Assembly (NCBI GenBank): GCA_964655685.1
Contig: CAZZNO010000001.1
Coordinates: 1-54,216, forward strand
DNA: 54,216 nucleotides
Direction of reading: 5' to 3'
Source of the DNA: an uncultured Prevotella sp.
Lineage (GTDB): Bacteria; Bacteroidota; Bacteroidia; Bacteroidales; Bacteroidaceae
The notes under the pieces were generated by a model. The model saw only the letters and a program-made list of their open reading frames with translations. It was not told the DNA's origin and searched no databases. This document shows, in pieces, positions 47,767-54,216 of the stretch; position 1 is the stretch's first letter; each line of letters starts with the position of its first letter. A program made the translations under genes and the position numbers.

Positions 47767-50736
47767 TTACCTTGGGCCGCCGAAGCCGCCTCCGCGTGGT
47801 GGTCTGCCACCACCAAATCCACCGCCAAATCCTCCGCGTGGGCCACGGGGACCGTTACCCGGTCCGAAACCAGGACCTCCACGCATGTCACGTCTTGCGT
47901 CTCTGCCACCAAACAGGTTAAGGCGATAGTTGACGTGGAGCATTACATAGCTGTTGATTGAGTTGTATTCTGTATCGCTTCGCATTGATGCCGATATGCT
48001 GCGGCTCAGGTTGCTTTGGTTGTGCAACAGATCGTAGAACTGGAGCATCACCACAAGTGGGCGGCCTTTCAGGAAGCTTTGCGAGATTTGCGCATTCCAT
48101 ACCAGCTCGTTGGTATTTAGTGAGTTGTCGGTGTATCCACGGCGTGAGTTCATATTTATGTCTGTAGAAAGGGTTGTGCCCCACGGTGCTGTTGCGTTGA
48201 TGCTTCCACCATAGCTATACTGCCAGATGTTTGAATTTGAAGTTGGTTGCAACTTGTTTTTTGAGTGGCGGTAGTTAAAAGCCCCGTTCAGCTCTATTTC
48301 CAGCCAACTGTTACGATAGCTTCCTGCAAACCTGTCTGACACGCTCATGTCTCTTGTCGTGTTTTTCAGTGAGCTGGCGTTACGTTGCAATGATATATAA
48401 CCTACGTTGTTAGAATAGTTGAAATTTGCAAAGTTGTTGATGTTAAAGTAGCCTGCGCTGTCAAGTGGAGTATTGAACATCAACATTCCGCCCATATTCC
48501 AGTTTCCGTTGATATTTTCTGGCCTTGTCAGTCTTCCACCCGTAGTCTCATCGTATGTCACCATATTGCTTATAGAGTTGCGCGTATTGCTGTAGTTGAA
48601 GGCGGAGGCAATGGTTCTCATAGTCTTTTCGAAAGTCTTATTGAACCAGAAGTTGAGGTTCTGGGTGAATGAAGGCTTCAAACCAGGATTACCAGTGGAT
48701 ATGTTCAGAGGGTCGCTGTCGTCGGTGATGTCAAGGAGCTGGGTTATGCTTGGCTGCGATGTGTTAGCGCGGTAGTTGATTCGCAGGTCGCTTTGCTTGT
48801 CGAAACGGTAGCGGAAATCGAGGGTAGGAGTGATGTTAGTGACCGTGCGAGTGGTGTCGACGGCAACGCCTTGATAGTTTTGCACGTAGTGCGAAATCTG
48901 CGGCTGTAACATTACGCCCGTGTTTAGTTGCCATTTAGTCCGAATCATACGGAACATCAGCTCTATGTCGTGACGATAGTTTTTATATTCAGAGAAACGA
49001 CTGAGATCAGTGTCGAGATAGTCTTCGTATGGATGTTCCAACCTGTTGAGAAATTCGTTCCAGCTACGGTATGCAGGTGTAAGCCCGGCGAAGAAATCCT
49101 CACCAAGGTTTGAGAAATCGTAAGTAGAACGGTCGCTCTTGCTGTAGCTATAGTTGAAGCGATAGCGCAGTTGCAGGAATGTGGCTCTCCATAGAGGCTC
49201 GCTGTATGTTGTTTGGAGTGTATAGCTCCAGTTCTTCGATGGCGCCAAGTTGTAGCGGTTCGTCTGGTATGTTGAATCTTGTCCGAGGATGTTTTGTAAC
49301 TGGTACAGACGCACGTTGTTAGTTGAGAAAGAGTTTGATTTGGAATCGCTGTAATTTACGTCGGCACGCAATGTAACATTACGTCCTTTGCTGTTGAGCT
49401 TGCGGTTTAATTGGAGCATTGCGCCAACGCTGTTGCTCTTTGAATAGCTTATGCTGTTGGAGCGATTCGAGTTTACTATTATGCTGTCAGCACTGAGCAG
49501 AGCCAACGCTTCTGTTGACAGTGGGTCTGTGACCCATTGGTATGGGTCGCTGTTGAATGAAGCGGAAGTGTTGGCAGACAGTCCGTCTGACTTGTTGATA
49601 GTGAAATTAGGCCTGAACATGATGTTTGTCATGGAGTCAGGAGTCCATTCCACCCTCGCTCTTGCTTCAAAACGGTCAGAGCGTGAGTAGTTTTGGTTGA
49701 GGCTGTTAGAGAAAGAACCAACAGTACTGACATAGTTTTCTCTGCTGCTTTTCGAGCGTGTATCGCCGTCGCTGTGGTTCCATCTCACGCTTCCGTCCAG
49801 CTTGAGCGTATCTTTTATCTCATAGTTGAAGTTTAGACCTGCCATCTTTGAAGCATTGAGTCCGTTTCGTCCACGCCCAAAGCCTCCGCCACGTCCACCG
49901 AAGCCCATATCGTTTACGTTGTTGGCGTTGCCCATTCCCATTATACGCGCGTTGCTGTTCATGTAGCCTCCGAACACACGTGCGCTGTAACGGTCTTTTG
50001 TGCCAACTGCTGCGTCAGCATTTGCCATAATGCCTTTGTTCATGCCAGGCTTTACACCGAAATCGAGCACAGTCTGCTCATCACCGTCATCAATGCCGGT
50101 AACGCGTGAGAGGTCACTCTTTTGGTCGTATGCTTTTACCCTTTGTATGATTGACGTAGGAATATTCTTTATGGCAGTTTTTGTATCGCCTGTCATGAAT
50201 TCCTTTCCATCAATCATGATTTTCTTTACTTCTTTTCCGTTTATGGTAATCTTTCCATCGTCGTCGACTTGTGCTCCGGGAAGTCGCTTTACGAGTTCCT
50301 CAATGGTAGAGCCCTCCGGCGTGCGGTAGGCTGCCGCATTGTATACGAAGGTATCTTCTTTTAAAACCACCTTTTGTGCTTGTGCCGTGACAGTTGCTTC
50401 CTTTAGCATTATAGCATCGCTTGACATGGCAATCTGTCCCAGCCTGAGGTTTTGGCTTCTGTCCATTTGCACATTGCGGGTCGTGGTAGTATAGCCGACA
50501 CTTGACATCTTTAGGATGTAGCGTCCCGCAGCTGGAGCTTGTATAACAAACTTTCCGCTGTCGTTTGACAATGCACCAACGACAAATGTAGAGTCTTGCT
50601 TCAGCAACTGCACAGTTACCAATGGCATGACTTCCTTTGTACTCTTGTCGATAAGTGTGCCGGAAATCTCTCTTTTTTGTGCTATTGCCATTACCGATGA
50701 AATCATCAGCAAGGCAATAAGTAACGTTTTCTTCAT
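47767..50736 (-). CDS. TonB-dependent-receptor-like outer-membrane beta-barrel protein with N-terminal carboxypeptidase-regulatory-like domain
   Basis: Signal peptide, DTFVYNA, ELVKRLPG..DGKITINGK, GNPGLKPSF, Gly/Arg/Pro-rich C-tail. Confidence 0.8.
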   Translation of the reverse strand: MKKTLLIALLMISSVMAIAQKREISGTLIDKSTKEVMPLVTVQLLKQDSTFVVGALSNDSGKFVIQAPAAGRYILKMSSVGYTTTTRNVQMDRSQNLRLGQIAMSSDAIMLKEATVTAQAQKVVLKEDTFVYNAAAYRTPEGSTIEELVKRLPGAQVDDDGKITINGKEVKKIMIDGKEFMTGDTKTAIKNIPTSIIQRVKAYDQKSDLSRVTGIDDGDEQTVLDFGVKPGMNKGIMANADAAVGTKDRYSARVFGGYMNSNARIMGMGNANNVNDMGFGGRGGGFGRGRNGLNASKMAGLNFNYEIKDTLKLDGSVRWNHSDGDTRSKSSRENYVSTVGSFSNSLNQNYSRSDRFEARARVEWTPDSMTNIMFRPNFTINKSDGLSANTSASFNSDPYQWVTDPLSTEALALLSADSIIVNSNRSNSISYSKSNSVGAMLQLNRKLNSKGRNVTLRADVNYSDSKSNSFSTNNVRLYQLQNILGQDSTYQTNRYNLAPSKNWSYTLQTTYSEPLWRATFLQLRYRFNYSYSKSDRSTYDFSNLGEDFFAGLTPAYRSWNEFLNRLEHPYEDYLDTDLSRFSEYKNYRHDIELMFRMIRTKWQLNTGVMLQPQISHYVQNYQGVAVDTTRTVTNITPTLDFRYRFDKQSDLRINYRANTSQPSITQLLDITDDSDPLNISTGNPGLKPSFTQNLNFWFNKTFEKTMRTIASAFNYSNTRNSISNMVTYDETTGGRLTRPENINGNWNMGGMLMFNTPLDSAGYFNINNFANFNYSNNVGYISLQRNASSLKNTTRDMSVSDRFAGSYRNSWLEIELNGAFNYRHSKNKLQPTSNSNIWQYSYGGSINATAPWGTTLSTDINMNSRRGYTDNSLNTNELVWNAQISQSFLKGRPLVVMLQFYDLLHNQSNLSRSISASMRSDTEYNSINSYVMLHVNYRLNLFGGRDARRDMRGGPGFGPGNGPRGPRGGFGGGFGGGRPPRGGGFGGPR

Positions 50737-50776
50737 CTTGTAGATTATTCCTGAATTTGTGATCTTTTGCTATATT

Positions 50777-50801
50777 GACGCTTGAAAAGCCTGCTGGTTT
50801 A
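50777..50801 (-). promoter_or_regulatory. Possible ECF-sigma promoter (AAC-N16-CGTC) for the beta-barrel gene
   Basis: Minus strand taAACcagcaggcttttcaagCGTC about 40 nt upstream of the ATG; no clear TAnnTTTG seen nearby. Confidence 0.3.
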
Positions 50802-50976
50802 AGTCACTTTTAGAAAATTAACAAATAAATAAGTCTATCTTGTTTTGCACACTACGTGTGCATTTTGAGCAATGGACAAAATCTTAGTGTTAAAAAGTTA
50901 CAATTTCTATGGACGCACATGGTTTTATTAAAGCTTTATTCTTATTTTTGCAGTGAACGTTTAGTATGGAGTTATT

Positions 50977-52041
50977 ATGAAGCAGAGAGTTATTATTTCA
51001 GAGAATTTGGCAACTGATTTGGCTTTGGCTATATCCGAATGCGAGCATGATCGTATATTTATTTTGACTGACGAAACGACCAAGCGTTTTTGTTTGCTGG
51101 TTATAAGTGGTTTCATTGGCTTGCGAGATGCTTATGTCATTACTATCGGAACAAGTGATACAGAGAAGAATATAAAGTCGCTAATGCACGTTTGGCGTGA
51201 GCTGGAGAAAGGCAACGCCACGCGCCATTCGTTACTAATAAACCTTGGAGGAGGTATGGTGACTGACCTTGGAGGTTTTGCGGCTTCAACATTCAAGCGT
51301 GGCATAGATTTCATCAATATCCCGACTACATTGCTTGCGATGGTCGACGCATCGGTTGGAGGCAAGACAGCCATCAATTTTGATGACTTGAAAAACGAGA
51401 TAGGAGTTTTCAATGATGCCAAGTTTGTTATCCTTGACACTGAATTTCTGCGCACACTCGATGAGAAGAACCTGCGATCAGGCTATGCAGAAATGCTGAA
51501 GCATGGGCTTATATCAAACGAGCACAACTGGGCTGAACTATTAAACTTCAATCTTGCAGAGCCTGACTTAAAGCATTTGCAGCAGATGTTGGCAACGTCG
51601 GTGCAGGTTAAAGAGCGCATCGTTGAGAAAGACCCTATGGAGAAAGGCATCCGTAAGGCTTTGAATTTTGGGCATACTTTTGGCCATGCCTTTGAAAGCT
51701 ATTCGCTCTTGCAATATGACAAGACCGGCAAGGAACCTATCCTTCACGGTTATGCTGTGGCTTATGGCATTGTCTGCGAATTATATTTGTCAGCCATCAA
51801 GGCAGGTTTCCCCACTGACAAGATGCATCAGACGGTACGGTTCATTCGCGACTACTATGGGCAGTTTGCCATTTCATGCAGCGATTATGATGCGCTTATT
51901 GACCTTATGCATCACGACAAGAAAAACATTGGCAATACTATAAACTTCACGTTGCTCAGTGACATTGGCGGCATTCACATCAACCAAACTGCAACGGTAG
52001 ATGAAATAAAAGAATGCTTCGATTTCTACAGGGAAGGGTGA
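50977..52041 (+). CDS. aroB: 3-dehydroquinate synthase
   Basis: LGGGMVTDLGGF, PTTLLAMVDASVGGKT, KNEIG, LNFGHTFGHA, HGYAV. Confidence 0.95.
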   Translation: MKQRVIISENLATDLALAISECEHDRIFILTDETTKRFCLLVISGFIGLRDAYVITIGTSDTEKNIKSLMHVWRELEKGNATRHSLLINLGGGMVTDLGGFAASTFKRGIDFINIPTTLLAMVDASVGGKTAINFDDLKNEIGVFNDAKFVILDTEFLRTLDEKNLRSGYAEMLKHGLISNEHNWAELLNFNLAEPDLKHLQQMLATSVQVKERIVEKDPMEKGIRKALNFGHTFGHAFESYSLLQYDKTGKEPILHGYAVAYGIVCELYLSAIKAGFPTDKMHQTVRFIRDYYGQFAISCSDYDALIDLMHHDKKNIGNTINFTLLSDIGGIHINQTATVDEIKECFDFYREG

Positions 52042-52078
52042 AATAGCAAGAGAGTCTGGATTGGAAGTTCAATAGCAG

Positions 52079-53041
52079 CTAATCAGAGACCCTCTTAATC
52101 TTTCCAGTCTCTGTCATTGGTATCTTGTCAACGTGCTTGTATCGCCGTGGAACCCAGTATTTTGCCAGGGCGTTCATGCATATTTCCTCAACCTCTGCCA
52201 TATCTGTGGCTTCGGTTATCAGCATGACCGCCTCGCCGAATTTCTCATCAGAGGTTTTCGTTATTGCAAACGGTGCGCGTAGGAATGGCTTCAAAGCCGC
52301 TTCCACTTCCTCTATTTGGATTTTTATGCCGCCCGAATCAATAACATTATCCTTGCGGCCAAGCACGCGGAATTGCTTCTTGCCGGTCTTGGGGTTGGTG
52401 CGCATTTCCACGCGGTCATTGGTAATCAACTGCCCGTCGTGCACTAATGGGGCATCAATTATCAGGCAGCCGTCCGGTGTTTGGGTTACCTTTACGCTGT
52501 CGAAAGGCGTGTACCATTGGCTTGCCTCACTGCCGTTTACCCGTCTTAAGGCAATATGCGATAGGGTTTCGGTCATGCCATATGTACTCCAAACATAGTT
52601 TGGGAAGTCGCGCAGTTTGTGTGCAAGCCTGTCATCGATTGCCCCACCGCCTATTATCAAGTGCTTTATTTGACTTAAAAGCTTTCTTTCACGGTCTACT
52701 TTCAAGGTGTTGTAAACCTGCAACGGCACCATTGCTGCGAATACTGGAGCTTCGCTGAGGGATGCAAGAGGGTTGCCCGAAGGCTTGACGCTTATCAGCT
52801 TAAGTTTTCTCTCTATGCTTCTCACGACCACCATCTTGCCTGCTATATAATCTAAAGGCATACATAACAAAGCAGTATCGCCAGGCTTAAGACCGAGAAA
52901 ATCGCAGGTTATGCGGGCAGAGTTCAGCATTTTCTTTTTCTCTACCCACATGGGCTTAGGCTTACCCGTAGAACCGCTGGTGTGTACCAGCAACCTGTCG
53001 GAACCGTTTTCCCATTCGTCAAGAAATTCTTCAAGTGTCAT
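52079..53041 (-). CDS. menE: O-succinylbenzoate-CoA ligase (short Bacteroidota form)
   Basis: TSGSTGKPK, YGMTET, GRKDNVIDSGGIK, TETGKI; follows menC. Confidence 0.85.
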   Translation of the reverse strand: MTLEEFLDEWENGSDRLLVHTSGSTGKPKPMWVEKKKMLNSARITCDFLGLKPGDTALLCMPLDYIAGKMVVVRSIERKLKLISVKPSGNPLASLSEAPVFAAMVPLQVYNTLKVDRERKLLSQIKHLIIGGGAIDDRLAHKLRDFPNYVWSTYGMTETLSHIALRRVNGSEASQWYTPFDSVKVTQTPDGCLIIDAPLVHDGQLITNDRVEMRTNPKTGKKQFRVLGRKDNVIDSGGIKIQIEEVEAALKPFLRAPFAITKTSDEKFGEAVMLITEATDMAEVEEICMNALAKYWVPRRYKHVDKIPMTETGKIKRVSD

Positions 53042-53077
53042 ATATACGTTTTGTCCTTTCTTTTACACTTCTTTTCT

Positions 53078-54112
53078 TCATGCCTGATTAGCTTTATACC
53101 AAAGCTTGTCGCCTTTTATTTCCAATGGCATGTCTATATTGTCTTTGTACAAAAGCCCCGTGCCAAGCCCCTGTGGCATTGTTATGTTTGGTCCATAGAC
53201 AGAAGCGCAAAAATGAGCAATTGCATTTAGTCCGACATTGCTTTCCAATGCGGACGTTATCCATGAGCCTGTTCCGCGTTCCTTGGCAAGCTTTATCCAT
53301 TCGCTGCATCCCTTCATGCCCCCGTGCAGGCTTGGCTTTAGCACAATGTAAGCTGGTTTTATTTCGTCTAAAAGACGTACTTTCTGATCTATTTGGTTTA
53401 CGCCGATAAGTTCTTCGTCAAGGGCTATAGGCAATGGTGACTCACGGCATAGACGTGCCATTTCTTTCCATTGATGCTGCTTTATTGGCTGCTCGATGGA
53501 ATGGATGTCATACTTAGCCAATGCTTCAAGCTTTTGCATTGCGTCTTTTGGCGAGAAACCGCCGTTGGCATCAACGCGCAATTCTATTTGTTCTTTGCCA
53601 AAATGATTGCGGATAAACTTGACAAGCTCAAGCTCTTTGTCAAAATTTATAGCCCCTATTTTCAGTTTCACGCAGTGGAAACCAGCCTTTAGCTTTTCCT
53701 CAAGTCTGACGTACATTTCCTCGAATGTTCCCATCCATACAAGTCCGTTTATAGTGATGCCTTCTGCGCCTCGGGCGAAAGGAGTGTCGGACAAGGCTGT
53801 GCTTCCACCGGCATCAAGCTGGGCAAAAGCCGTTTCCAAGCCGAACAAGACAGACGGATAGGGACGCAACATCTCATAAGGTATGCCTTCTGTTTGCTCT
53901 ACAAAAGCGCACGCCTTATTTAGGACAGCTTCGTACCGCTCTTGCGGCATGGCATCGCAGCTGAGGTCGGGCAAGACAGAGCATTCGCCTACGCCCCTTA
54001 TCCCGTCTTTCTCTATGGTGACATAGTAAGACAGATGCGTAGTGTAGACTCCACGGGAAGTGCCTGCCGGTTGCTTGAAATGCAGGAGACGGGAAGTAAA
54101 TGATGCTTTCAT
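53078..54112 (-). CDS. menC: o-succinylbenzoate synthase (enolase superfamily)
   Basis: KLKIG, RVDANG, EQP, ALDEEL, LKP, SALES, QGLGTG. Confidence 0.88.
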   Translation of the reverse strand: MKASFTSRLLHFKQPAGTSRGVYTTHLSYYVTIEKDGIRGVGECSVLPDLSCDAMPQERYEAVLNKACAFVEQTEGIPYEMLRPYPSVLFGLETAFAQLDAGGSTALSDTPFARGAEGITINGLVWMGTFEEMYVRLEEKLKAGFHCVKLKIGAINFDKELELVKFIRNHFGKEQIELRVDANGGFSPKDAMQKLEALAKYDIHSIEQPIKQHQWKEMARLCRESPLPIALDEELIGVNQIDQKVRLLDEIKPAYIVLKPSLHGGMKGCSEWIKLAKERGTGSWITSALESNVGLNAIAHFCASVYGPNITMPQGLGTGLLYKDNIDMPLEIKGDKLWYKANQA

Positions 54113-54128
54113 ACAAAATAACTCTTTA

Positions 54129-54216
54129 GACAAAGTAACAAAGTAGACATATATTCTTGCATTAATTTTTTGGACAAAGTAACAAAGTAGACATATATTC
54201 TTGCATTAATTTTTTG
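54129..54216. repeat. Exact 44-bp tandem duplication running to the window end
   Basis: gacaaagtaacaaagtagacatatattcttgcattaattttttg at 54129-54172 and 54173-54216. Confidence 0.92.

Overview
Chromosomal segment from a Bacteroidota organism, most likely Prevotellaceae (inferred from gene content and TTTG-N19-20-TAnnTTTG promoters). Most of the window is housekeeping: mlaFE/lptB, tig, purH(N)-mreBCD-mrdA-rodA, metF-holB-ricT-gldH, corA, pepD, rsmA, frr-rsgA, nusB-yajC-coaE, rplY-pth-hslR, aroB and menCE. An accessory-rich stretch at about 4.6-19 kb holds an ECF sigma/FecR/SusC/SusD module without hydrolases, Hsp20, an M6 metalloprotease, azlCD and hypothetical genes. I saw no CRISPR array, tRNA/rRNA, integrase or transposase. 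The most interesting signals are non-coding or tiny. (1) The corA leader has an 11-aa uORF (MDDYHADNYNF) and mutually exclusive helices over the corA start, a candidate Mg2+ attenuator. (2) Three sequence-unrelated tandem arrays share a 22-bp period, and there is an exact 44-bp duplication at the window end. (3) An unannotated 29-aa hydrophobic peptide gene has its own promoter and a structured leader. (4) A sigma54-like promoter with a 15-bp perfect inverted repeat precedes hsp20. (5) Nested operator-like palindromes cover the promoter of an AAA ATPase. All calls come from reading the sequence; no database searches were run.
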